Origin: Polyangiaceae bacterium
Lineage (GTDB): Bacteria > Myxococcota_A > Polyangia > Polyangiales > Polyangiaceae
DNA: 64,000 bases
Assembly: GCA_044376115.1 (NCBI GenBank)
Contig: JBILLK010000013.1
Coordinates: 32,001-96,000, forward strand
Direction: 5' to 3'
The stretch's first letter is position 1; every line of letters starts with the position of its first letter. Below the pieces are notes generated by a model that was not told the origin of the DNA, ran no database searches, and saw only the letters and a list, made by a program, of their open reading frames with translations. The position numbers and the translations under genes were made by a program. Positions 19,712 to 29,073 of this stretch are shown piece by piece.

Positions 19712-21583
19712 ATGGGAGCCATAGGGCCCGAGAGCGATCCCATGGTTCGCGAGATGAGAGAGCACCTCGAGCGCTTCGCGCTGGCCGCGCGGGGCGACGT
19801 GCGCCGCGAGCTCGAGTCGATGTATCTGCTGGCGCTCGAGCGAGAGAAGCTGGCCGCCATCGGCTACGGCGGAGCGGGGATCCAGACGCGCGTGCGAGGG
19901 CTGGGTGCGGACGAAGAGGTGCGTTCGCTCGTCGCACACGCGCTGCGCTGGGCCGCCGAGGACGAGCGGTCTCACGCAGTCTTGGCGCGCGGCCTCCTCG
20001 TTCGGACGGGACGGCTATTCATGGTGTTGGCGACGCTCGCGGCGTACGTCGGGGGTCTCGTCGCGGGCTGGTCGGCTGCGGTGCTCCATCACACGACGTT
20101 CCGGCGAGCGCCCGTATCGCATGTGCTCGCGCGCCTCGCCGTCGTGTTCGGGCGTCTCGGGGGCAAGGTGCCTGAGACGGCGGCGGCGGCGCTCAAACAC
20201 CAGACGTTCGCGAGCTTCTGCCGCTTCCAGGTCGGGGCGGAGAAGACGGCCGTGCTCTCCTGGGATCACATCGGCGCGCTCCTCGAGCGGCTGCCCGGCG
20301 GCGAACGCCTCAGCCTCACGGCGCGCCGCATCGCGGACGACGAGCACAAGCATGAGCGTTTTCTCGGCGTCCTGCTCGAGGCGTTCGATGACGAGGATAA
20401 GCTTCGGGAGGGCCACGATGCACAGAGCCTGCGCGCCGCGCTCGCGCAGGTCGATGCCTCCTTCATACCGGGACAGAAGCGCGTGACCCAACGGACGAAC
20501 GTGGGTGGTGGCGGAGTCGTTCACGTTCGCCAGAGTGACGCGGCGTCGCAGGGGGATCCGGCAGCCCTGCGTGCGCTGCTCGAGGAGACGCTCGGTGCGA
20601 CCCAGCTCGAAGCGCTGCTCTCGCTTCGCCCGGCTGCGCGGATCGCCATCAAGACCACGTTCATGACAGCCTACGACCGGAGCGACCCAAGCTCCCACGT
20701 TGACGTGTGCCTCGCCGACGCGCTGGCGCGTTGGCTAAAACAACGCGGGGCCTCCGACGTCGCATATCTCGAAGCGCCCAACCACTATGATCTCTTCTTT
20801 CGCGGGCGAAGCGTGGCCGAGGTCGCGCGTTATGTGGGGTTCGAGAGTGAGGCCTACCGCGTCGTCGACACATCGACCGATCAAGTCCCGTTCACGTTTC
20901 GGCGTGGGACCGCGCAGGACACCGTCAGCGCGGCCTGGCGCGACGCCGATGTCCGCATCGTGTTCGCGAAGATGCGAAGTCACCCGAGCATGCTCGTTCA
21001 TCTCACGACGCATGCCGTGGAGTCGCTCGGTCGACGCATCGACGAGCTGCTCTTCCATGATCGCCAGGCGGATCTCGAAGCGGGCGCGATGATGATGCTG
21101 GACGCCCTCCCGCCGGCGCTCGTGCTCCTCGACGCGACCCACCACGTACCGGACGGTCTCACGGGAATCCTCGGAGATCCCACGCCGAGCCACCCGGGTC
21201 GCATCTATGCCTCGGAGGATCCGCTCGCGCTCGATCTTGTCGCTGCGCGACACATGGGGATCCATCGGTTCCCAGCGGAGCACGCGCTCTCCATCGCCTT
21301 CGATTGGTTCGACGATCCGGCGCGAGAAATCCTCGTCGATGGCCCCGACACAAGGATCCCCGGGTTCAAGAGCCCGCACCGCAACGACGCTACGGTCTTG
21401 ATGAGCGCGCTCGCCTATCCGGTCTACGCCTTCAGTGGAGATCGCGGCAACCTCTGGGTGCCACGCATGGATCCCGAGGCCTTCCCGCTGCGACGTCGAC
21501 CAACGCTGAGCGAACGCTTGATCCGTCCGCTCCTGCGTTGGCTCTTCGGTTTCGGCGTTCCGCCGCGCGGGGCTCGAGCATGA
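19712..21583 (+). CDS. Ferritin-like di-iron domain fused to DUF362 domain
   Basis: E...DExxH twice in the N-half; IAIK.., KMRSH, LLDA..GILG, ASEDPLALD..AA..MG in the C-half. Confidence 0.75.
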   Translation: MGAIGPESDPMVREMREHLERFALAARGDVRRELESMYLLALEREKLAAIGYGGAGIQTRVRGLGADEEVRSLVAHALRWAAEDERSHAVLARGLLVRTGRLFMVLATLAAYVGGLVAGWSAAVLHHTTFRRAPVSHVLARLAVVFGRLGGKVPETAAAALKHQTFASFCRFQVGAEKTAVLSWDHIGALLERLPGGERLSLTARRIADDEHKHERFLGVLLEAFDDEDKLREGHDAQSLRAALAQVDASFIPGQKRVTQRTNVGGGGVVHVRQSDAASQGDPAALRALLEETLGATQLEALLSLRPAARIAIKTTFMTAYDRSDPSSHVDVCLADALARWLKQRGASDVAYLEAPNHYDLFFRGRSVAEVARYVGFESEAYRVVDTSTDQVPFTFRRGTAQDTVSAAWRDADVRIVFAKMRSHPSMLVHLTTHAVESLGRRIDELLFHDRQADLEAGAMMMLDALPPALVLLDATHHVPDGLTGILGDPTPSHPGRIYASEDPLALDLVAARHMGIHRFPAEHALSIAFDWFDDPAREILVDGPDTRIPGFKSPHRNDATVLMSALAYPVYAFSGDRGNLWVPRMDPEAFPLRRRPTLSERLIRPLLRWLFGFGVPPRGARA

Positions 21584-22989
21584 GCGACGCGATCGTCATT
21601 GGTGGTGGCGTTGGGGGCTTGGCGGCCGCGATCGTGATGGCCGAGCGAGGTGCGTCCGTAACGGTGTGCGAGGCGAGCCCGTTCTTCGGCGGTCTCGCGT
21701 CGGCGCTCGAGGCCGGTGGGACCACGTTCGATGGCGGCCCGTACATCCTCCTCGACCCGGTGGGGCTCGCGTGGGCGTTCGATGCGCTGGGCCTCGACCT
21801 CGATGCGCTCGAGCTTCGACGCGTGCACGACGTCTACGAAGTCGAGCGCGAGGGCGGGCCAGCGCTGCGGATCACCTCCGACGTCGAGCAGACGGCGCGC
21901 GGGCTCGAGGAGGCCTATCGTGGTCAGGGGGACGCTTACCGTCGCTTCATCGAGCACTCCACGCGGATCCACACCGCGCTCACCCCGCTCCAGACCGCAC
22001 CGCGTCCCAGCCCGTGGTCGCTCCTTCGCTCGGGCGCCATCCGCCACGCGCCGTTTCTTCTGCGCTCGCTCCGGACCGTGCTTGCAAACGCAGGGTTTCG
22101 GCCGGAGGTCGCCGACGCGCTCGGGATCTTCACGCACGTCGCCGGTCAGCCGCTCGCCGGTGCGCCGAGTCCGATCGCGCTGGTCCCAGCGATGATCAGC
22201 GGGCCGGGTTGCTTCGTTCCACGCTTGGGTGTGGCGACGATCCCCGACCGTGTACGCGCCCGCGCCGAGGAGCTTGGGGTCTCCCTGCGCGCGTCCGCCC
22301 GCGTCACGCGCATTCTTTGTGATGCTCGCGGTGTGACGGGTGTCGAGCTCGCCTCTGGGGAGCAACTCGCGTCGAAGGTGGTGGTGAGCGATGCGAGCGG
22401 CGTCGCGACGTTGCTCAAGCTGGCGCCCGCACCGAACAGCGTGCGCAAGCGCGTCGCCGCGTTGCCGCTCCAATCACCGGGTGTGGCCGCCTACCTGCTC
22501 GCCAACGAACGTCCGAGCGGACCGTATCTGCGCTTTCGGCTCGATGCCGCGGATCGCGATGCGCCGTGCAGACTGCTCGTGCGGCCCGGCACGCTCGACG
22601 CTCCGCCGACGGCGCTCCACGCAAGACAGGTCCGCGTGGTTGCGCCGCTGGCGCAGGCGACGGCGGAGCGGCTCGAAGCGTCGCAGCAGGATGCGCTCTT
22701 GGACCAGATCCTCGCCGAGCCCTGGACGCGCGCACGCGTCGGCGCGTTCGAAGAGGCGGCGCGCCTCACCCCCGCGCGCTGGGGCCGAAGACACACGCTC
22801 CACCGCAACAGCATGAACCCCGTGATGACCGCCCAGCTCATGCGACGTGGTCGCCTCCCTCACGTGATCGACACGCCGCGAGGCCTGTTCCTCGTTGGCA
22901 GTTCGACCCATCCAGGCCAGTGGGTGAGCTTCTGCCTCATCTCCGGTGTGCTCGGAGCACGCGAGGTCCTGCGCAGCTGGGGCCGCTGA
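21580..22989 (+). CDS. Phytoene desaturase-family FAD-dependent oxidoreductase
   Basis: IVIGGGVGGLAAA..E...GG..FDGGP; GLFLVGSSTHPG; ATGA overlap with upstream gene. Confidence 0.88.
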   Translation: MSDAIVIGGGVGGLAAAIVMAERGASVTVCEASPFFGGLASALEAGGTTFDGGPYILLDPVGLAWAFDALGLDLDALELRRVHDVYEVEREGGPALRITSDVEQTARGLEEAYRGQGDAYRRFIEHSTRIHTALTPLQTAPRPSPWSLLRSGAIRHAPFLLRSLRTVLANAGFRPEVADALGIFTHVAGQPLAGAPSPIALVPAMISGPGCFVPRLGVATIPDRVRARAEELGVSLRASARVTRILCDARGVTGVELASGEQLASKVVVSDASGVATLLKLAPAPNSVRKRVAALPLQSPGVAAYLLANERPSGPYLRFRLDAADRDAPCRLLVRPGTLDAPPTALHARQVRVVAPLAQATAERLEASQQDALLDQILAEPWTRARVGAFEEAARLTPARWGRRHTLHRNSMNPVMTAQLMRRGRLPHVIDTPRGLFLVGSSTHPGQWVSFCLISGVLGAREVLRSWGR

Positions 22990-23041
22990 CGGAACGGAGG
23001 TCGTCTGCCGAGCCGTTCCCTCTCGCGCTCGCTACCTGCCC

Positions 23042-23249
23042 GCCCATTGTGGCGGAGATAACCTATCTCAGGTCGAATGGGCGCGTCGCTCGCGGTACCA
23101 GCTCCGTCCGGTCCGCACAGCGCTCGCTGCACCAGCCAATACGCGCGCAAAACACGAGTACGTCGGCGGCGTGCATCGGACCTTCGCCACCGAGCCACAT
23201 GCGGACCTGCCCATTGTGCCGGAGATACTCCATCTCAGGCACAATCGGC
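23042..23249 (-). repeat. Family B double-hairpin element (~208 bp), inverted relative to the other copies
   Basis: Two GCCCATTGTG..GAGATA..ATCTCAGG..AAT.GGC hairpins. Confidence 0.85.
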
Positions 23250-23319
23250 GGCCAGGCTCCGAGCGCCAGCGCGTCGCGCAGCCGCGCAGACCCACGAATG
23301 GCTCAATCCCCGGCCGCAT

Positions 23320-23602
23320 GCGACACGTCGCCCGCTGTCACCGCGAGACTCGGCGATATGTCGCGCCCGCCGGCTCACTGCCCGCCTCCGTGCGACACAT
23401 CGCCCGCTGTCACCGCGAGACTCGGCGATATGTCGCGCCCGCCGGCTCACTGCCTGCCTCCGTGCGACACATCGCCCGCTGTCACCGTGAGACTCGGCGA
23501 TATGTCGCGACCAACGGCTCGATGCCCGCTGCCTAGCGGCTCGATGCCCGCCTTCGTGCGACACATCGCCCGCTGTCACCGTGAGACTCGGCGATATGTC
23601 GC
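23320..23602 (+). repeat. Family A hairpin repeat cluster, 4 copies (23320, 23392, 23464, 23558)
   Basis: 45-nt consensus; periods 72, 72, 94. Confidence 0.93.
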
Positions 23603-23634
23603 GCCCGGCGGCTCGCTTACCTCGGGTCGCGGTC

Positions 23635-24186
23635 TCACTTCATGCGGGCCGCGAAGAACGCATCGACGTCCCGCTCGACCGACCTCGACGTAAGGTGCGT
23701 GGCTTGTCCGCCGTCGAACACCTTGACCTGGAGGCACTCGTAGCAGATCAGCAGATCGATCGAATTGCCTGGCTTCCGCACGGTGATGCCGTGGCGCGGG
23801 TTGAAGCACGCCGCCAACAAATTGCTGGCCTCATCGAGACCTTTGCGCACATGCGCAAGTAACTCTTCACTCGCTGCGGCGCCCTCGACCTCAACTTGCT
23901 CAAGGATGCGGTAGCCGTGGAATTCCGCGGGCAGCGCGTTGACGCTGCTGCCGGGCGGGCGCGGTATGGGGTCGAGCCTGTAGAGCCGCAACGCCGTCGC
24001 GCCGCTCAGCGCATCGCGTAGCCAGGGCTCGAGCGCGTGCGTAAGCGAGGGCGCTGGCGCGGGCGCGAGCCCTGGCTCGGCTGAGCCCGGTTCTTCGCCT
24101 GCGTCCTTGTCTTTCGAGGAGCCGCACGCGCACGCGAGGAGCGCGCTGGTGGCTGCGGTCAGGAGGGGGCGGCGTCGCAAGTGCAT
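23635..24186 (-). CDS. Hypothetical lipoprotein
   Basis: LLACAC lipobox; ACFNPRHGI...DLLICYEC motif. Confidence 0.78.
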   Translation of the reverse strand: MHLRRRPLLTAATSALLACACGSSKDKDAGEEPGSAEPGLAPAPAPSLTHALEPWLRDALSGATALRLYRLDPIPRPPGSSVNALPAEFHGYRILEQVEVEGAAASEELLAHVRKGLDEASNLLAACFNPRHGITVRKPGNSIDLLICYECLQVKVFDGGQATHLTSRSVERDVDAFFAARMK

Positions 24187-24341
24187 GGCTCGCCTATACA
24201 CGAGCCAGCGACCGGCCCCGTCGCGATGCCGTCGGATGACGCCAAGAAAGCGATCGAGAACGCGGCGGCGGGGGCCCCGCGCTCCTCGTGGGACTGGTGC
24301 CGGAGGCGCTTATCACAACCGGCACCAAGACGCCGTTGAGC

Positions 24342-24815
24342 TCATTGGACAGCGAACACGCGATGGATGACGCCACCGTCGCCGGTGCGGGACTTGGTTA
24401 CGCAAACGAGCGTGTTGAGCCAGTCGTATCTCGCGTCGCCGACTTCGAAGCGCGGGCTGGCGCGGAAGTAGTAGCGCGACGCCCCGAGTGGATCATCGGC
24501 CTTGGCAAAGTCCATGGCGTAGGCTTGGTCGTCGGGCGCAAAACGCATCACCCCATGCCAGTGGACATACAGCAGCGCGCCATCATCGGTCTTGAGCGTC
24601 ATCCGGACGTCCAGTGCCCCCGACCCGTCCGGCCTGACGCGTGCCCAGTCGGCGCCCGAGTTGGGCACAATCTCTCCCGAAAGCCGAGGACCTTCGAACC
24701 GCCCACCAATCACCGGCACGATCATGCGGAAGCCTTCGGGTGTGGCTCCGATGTTCTGCGGTTCGGCGAGCTTCACGCGCGCCTCAAAGAGAAACTCCGT
24801 TTCGATTTCAGACAT
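24342..24815 (-). CDS. DUF3237 family protein
   Basis: IG.TP.G.R.IVPV.GG.FEGPRL.G, GADW, LDVR..L.TDDGA, YYFR..PRFE...RY.WLN. Confidence 0.9.
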   Translation of the reverse strand: MSEIETEFLFEARVKLAEPQNIGATPEGFRMIVPVIGGRFEGPRLSGEIVPNSGADWARVRPDGSGALDVRMTLKTDDGALLYVHWHGVMRFAPDDQAYAMDFAKADDPLGASRYYFRASPRFEVGDARYDWLNTLVCVTKSRTGDGGVIHRVFAVQ

Positions 24816-24869
24816 GGCTACTCCACTCGGCACCATCGGCCGGACTAGGGTTGAAGAACGTGGTTGCGG

Positions 24870-25430
24870 TTAACGTCGGATAGCGCGCAGCTCAGATGGC
24901 GACCGGTGATAGAGGTCCGCAAAAGCGGCGTTCATCCGGCGACTGCTCGAGAAACCGGCTCGCATCGCGATCTGCGCGATGGACAGCTCCGTGTCCTGCA
25001 GTAGACATTTTGCGCGCTGAACGCGGAGCGTCTTGGCCACTTGCAGTGGCGAGGCACCGAGGTGTTGTTGGAACAGGCGCGACACATGACGCGCGCTGAC
25101 GCCTAGTCGATCCGCTAAGGCCTCCAGGCCATCGCGGTCCAGCGCTCCCTCGTCGATGAGCCGCAACGCGCGCTCGACCGTGGCGCCGCTGCCCTTCCAA
25201 GCGGGGCAGAATGGAGCGGTCTCCGGCCGACACCGAAGGCACGGCCGAAACCCCGCCTGCTCAGCGGCTGCCGCGGTCGGATAGAAGAGGACATTCTCTC
25301 GCCTTGGCATGCGTGCTTTGCAGACCGGCCGGCAATAGATGCCGGTCGTCTTCACGGCGATGAAGAACCGACCGTCGAAGGACCGGTCTCGCCGTTGCAT
25401 CGCTGCCTCGCAGGTTTGCTCGTCGAGCAT
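24870..25430 (-). CDS. adaA: Ada metal-binding domain / AraC-family regulator (AdaA-like)
   Basis: RD.SFDGRFF.AVKTTGIYCRP.C...P, GFRPCLRCRP, AraC HTH. Confidence 0.9.
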   Translation of the reverse strand: MLDEQTCEAAMQRRDRSFDGRFFIAVKTTGIYCRPVCKARMPRRENVLFYPTAAAAEQAGFRPCLRCRPETAPFCPAWKGSGATVERALRLIDEGALDRDGLEALADRLGVSARHVSRLFQQHLGASPLQVAKTLRVQRAKCLLQDTELSIAQIAMRAGFSSSRRMNAAFADLYHRSPSELRAIRR

Positions 25431-25569
25431 GGGCTGAAGATAGTGCGCTTCCTCGCAGCTGCGAGCGCGCCGAGGGGATCACGTCCGAATACGACCGCCT
25501 TCGCGCTGCGATGCGTCCTCTGAGCGCGACGGCGTGTGATTCCTGCGCCGATCGAGTAACGATTCTTCG

Positions 25570-26180
25570 ATGGAACTCGCACGCATCCTGGACGGCGACC
25601 CCGACGCGACACTTCGGCTCGCGGCTCGTGACGTTTCGACGTGGCAGACATTGTTGGAGCACCTTGCGCTCGTGCGCGGCACGGCGGCGGGGCGTCCGCT
25701 GCTCGATGCGTGGCTCGCGGTCGCGCGCCTCGAGGTCTGGCGCTCCCACGCGTTCGACGCGGCCTCGCGGATGCAGTCCGAGGTCTTCGCCACCACCAAG
25801 TCTGCGCTCAAGGGCTACGACCGCTGGATCGAGGCGGGCACGGCGAGCTTGCCACCGAATCACCCGGCTGCGCTTTGCGCGCGTCTCGCGTCGCTCGCAC
25901 ACCCGAGCGATCCGTTCGACCCGGAGCGCCCGTCGAAGCTGCTCGATCTCGAAGCCGACCTGCAAGCGGCCGACTTGCCCGCGATGCTCGCCGAGACCTT
26001 GCTCCTGCGCGCGAAGGACGCCGACCCCGACGCGCGCCTCACGTTGGCGGATCGGGCGGAGCGAGCCTTCGAGGCCTTGGCCGATGCGCCGTCAATCCTG
26101 CGCGCACGGCAAGAGCGCGCCATGGCGCTGAACCTGCTCGGTCGGCTCGACGAGGGCCACGCGATTCTCGAGGCGCTCCG
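25570..26180 (+). pseudogene. TPR-like helical protein, 3'-truncated at a junction with a cyanophycinase-like gene
   Basis: Natural-looking coding to ~26180, then Arg-rich off-frame read-through. Confidence 0.55.
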
Positions 26181-26824
26181 TCGCCGATCGCCTCGCGAAG
26201 GCCGAGGCGATCTTCATGGCCGGCGGCGACCAAGCGACCTACGTCACGCGCTGGAAGGGCACCCGCGTCGAGTCGGAGCTCGAGGCGGCGGCCGCGCGCG
26301 GCGCCGTGATCGGCGGCACCAGCGCCGGCTGCGCGGTCCTCGGACAGTTCGCCTTCTCGGCCATCAACGACACCGTCTACTCCGACGAGGCCCTGGAGGA
26401 TCCGTACAACACGTACATGACGATGGAGCAGGACTTCCTCGACTTCCCCCTGCTCGCCGGCGTCATCACCGACACGCACTTCGCCGAGCGCGACCGCATG
26501 GGTCGCCTCGTCGCGTTCGTCGCGCGGCCCATCGCCGACGGCTGGGCCTCGAGCGTCGTCGGCGTGGGAGTCGACGAGGAGACCGCGCTCTTCGTCGACG
26601 CCTCCGGCGAGGGCACCGTGCTCGGCAACGGCGCGGTCTACGTCGTCCGCTCGAACGGCGCGCCTGCCTCCTGCGTCGAGGGCCAGCCCCTCGTCTACGA
26701 GGACCTCGAGCTCGTCGAGCTGCGCGCGGGTGACACCGTCACGCTGCCCGGCGGCGCGAGCGACGTCCCGGCGACGACGCTGTCGGCGAGCGGAGGGGTG
26801 ACGATCCCGGCGAACCCGTACTGA
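26180..26824 (+). pseudogene. Cyanophycinase-like (peptidase S51) gene, 5'-truncated
   Basis: AEAIFMAGGDQ, GGTSAG, DTHF.ERDRMGRL, GVDEETA; in-frame TGA at 26129 and no N-terminal part. Confidence 0.8.
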
Positions 26825-26880
26825 GGCGCGCGGAGCACCCACGACGACCAGCCCCTGTCCGCAGAACGATGACGAGCCGG

Positions 26881-27951
26881 TCACGTGGGGCTTGCGACGA
26901 TCAGCGAGACCGGCGAGGCGTTCTCGATGACTCGCTCGAGCTGGAAGCCCGCGCTCGCGAGCAGCGCGGAGAACTCGGGGCGTGTGCGCTCCTTTCCGCC
27001 CGAACCCAGCAGCATGATCAGATCGAGGAACTGCAGGTACGAGCCATCTCCTTCGGGCACGACGTTCTCCACGATGAAGAGCTTGCCGCTGGGGGCCATC
27101 GCCTGGCGAACCCTCGTGAGCGGGCCGCGCGCGGTGTCGTCGAGCATCTCGTGGAGCACGTTCTTCATGAGGTACGCGTCGTGCCCCTTCGGGACTTCGT
27201 CGAACACGCTGCCCTCGACCACACGAGCCCTGTCAGCGACCCCACGGTCGCGGAAGGTCTGCGGCGCTCGACGAACCGCGTGAGGCAAGTCTAGGTTTAC
27301 TCCCAAGAGCTTCGGGTGGGCCACCAGGATCGCCGCGAGTAGCTCCCCCGCGCCGCCGCCGAGATCGACGAGCGTTTCGAAGCGACCAAAGTCATAGCTC
27401 GTCGCGATCAGCCCCGCGGCCTCGCGCGTGTATTCCGCCATCGAGGCGTCGAACTCGTCGGCCACCTCGGGGTGCTTGGCGAGGTGCTCCCAGAAGGTCT
27501 CGCCGTGGAGCCGCTCGAACACCGGTGGGCCGGCCTCGAGGCCGCGCTCGACGTTCGCCCACAGCGAGCGGTTGTGCGCCGAACCGGCGCTCAGCACCGC
27601 GTTGCGCATCGAGTTGGGCGCCTTCGAAGCAAGCGGTCGGGTGATCGCCGTGAGACCGAAGCGCTTCCCTTTCCGCTCGAGGAGTCCATCCGACGACAGC
27701 GCGCGCAGCAACCGAAAGAGCGCGTCGCCGTCGAACCCGAGCTCCAAGGCAAGCTCGAACGCGTCGCGCTCCGCTTCGTAGAGCGCGTCGGCGACGCCAG
27801 TCCGCGTGATGGCCTCGAGCGCGGCCGCGCGCCATTTGCTGGTCACGATCTCGAGGAGCGTGTACTCGGGTGGCTGGAGGTGGCGGTGAACGAAGGAGAG
27901 CCCGCGTCGCGCGCTCTGGATGGTTTGAACGAGGAGAGTCGGTGGAGCCAT
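26881..27951 (-). CDS. SAM-dependent O-methyltransferase (family 2, dimerisation domain)
   Basis: VDLGGGAG, DLP, GSVFD.VP..D.Y.MK.VLH, GKERT..EF..L. Confidence 0.92.
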   Translation of the reverse strand: MAPPTLLVQTIQSARRGLSFVHRHLQPPEYTLLEIVTSKWRAAALEAITRTGVADALYEAERDAFELALELGFDGDALFRLLRALSSDGLLERKGKRFGLTAITRPLASKAPNSMRNAVLSAGSAHNRSLWANVERGLEAGPPVFERLHGETFWEHLAKHPEVADEFDASMAEYTREAAGLIATSYDFGRFETLVDLGGGAGELLAAILVAHPKLLGVNLDLPHAVRRAPQTFRDRGVADRARVVEGSVFDEVPKGHDAYLMKNVLHEMLDDTARGPLTRVRQAMAPSGKLFIVENVVPEGDGSYLQFLDLIMLLGSGGKERTRPEFSALLASAGFQLERVIENASPVSLIVASPT

Positions 27952-27983
27952 GTCCCCACCATGTGCCGCGGGCGAAACTCAAG

Positions 27984-28931
27984 CTAGTCCGCATGTTTGT
28001 GACGCGCTGTCCGCGCAGAGCGGACAGAAGCTCGCGCGCGGGAGCCTCGCGCGATGGCCGCGAGCGACGGCATCGGCTTGATGCGCTTGGTCACGAGCTC
28101 GAGGAAGCGGCGCGTCTTCGCCGGCACGAAGCGCCCGCTGTAGACGACGCACATGGTCGTCGTCCGAGCCGGTCTGCCCTCGAACAGAAGGCGGAGCGAT
28201 CCGTCGGCGACGTGCGACCCGACGAGCACTCCCGGGAGCCTCGCGACGCCCACGCCGAGGAGGGCCGCCTGGAGCGCGGCTTGCGCGCTGTTGACGACGA
28301 GGTGTGGCTCGATCCGGATCGGCTTCTGGCCCTCGAGCGCCCACGTCTCGGTCGCCCACCCCACGGTCCGCGCGGTCGCGAGATCGGCCAACGTCTCGGG
28401 GACACCATGATTCGCGACGTAGGAGGGGCTCGCGGCGTAATACGCGAGGGCCTGTCCGAGCGGCCGCGCGACCAGGCTCTCGTCCCGTGGCGACTCGATC
28501 CAGAAGGCGACGTCGAAGCCCTCTTCGGCGAGGCTCACCGGCCGATCGGCTAGGACGAGCTCGACGCGGGTCTTCGGCCAGACGCGGAGGTACTCGGCGA
28601 CGACGTCCACGAGATACGCGTGACCGAAGGAGACCGTCGACGCCACACGCAAGAGCCCCGTTGGCTCGGCTTGCGCGTTTCTCACGCCGGCGTTCGCCTC
28701 TTCTGCGATCGAGACGATGGCTTGGCACTGCTCGACGTAGCGCGCGCCCGCCTCGGTGGGACGCACGGAGCGCGTCGTACGATGGAGGAGGCGAACCCCA
28801 AGCTCGGCCTCGAGTGCCACGACACGATCGCTCAGGCCCTGCTTGCTCACGCCAAGCGCGCGGGCGGCCGCCGAGAAGCCTCCTGCTTTCACGACGGCAA
28901 CGAGGATCGCCATGTCATCGAGAGAGGTCAT
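27984..28931 (-). CDS. LysR family transcriptional regulator
   Basis: V..GGFSAAARALG.SK..LS..V..LE.ELGVRLL.RTTRS..PTEAG HTH plus substrate domain. Confidence 0.93.
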   Translation of the reverse strand: MTSLDDMAILVAVVKAGGFSAAARALGVSKQGLSDRVVALEAELGVRLLHRTTRSVRPTEAGARYVEQCQAIVSIAEEANAGVRNAQAEPTGLLRVASTVSFGHAYLVDVVAEYLRVWPKTRVELVLADRPVSLAEEGFDVAFWIESPRDESLVARPLGQALAYYAASPSYVANHGVPETLADLATARTVGWATETWALEGQKPIRIEPHLVVNSAQAALQAALLGVGVARLPGVLVGSHVADGSLRLLFEGRPARTTTMCVVYSGRFVPAKTRRFLELVTKRIKPMPSLAAIARGSRARASVRSARTARHKHAD

Positions 28932-29073
28932 CAATGTCATCGTCTCACGGACAATCGGGCACTGCGACCGCAACCTGAGGCATTCTGGGGCGCCGAAGCC
29001 TTGCGCCCAGGGCATCAACCGGCAAGGCGCTCCACGCGATCGCGACGCAGGCGTCGTCGCGATCGTCGCCTGA

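Noticed and set aside
228..23602. Family A clusters as CRISPR arrays
   Set aside because: Linkers vary from 27 to 60 nt, share motifs or are near-identical to each other, clusters have only 1-4 copies, and no cas genes or leader are present.
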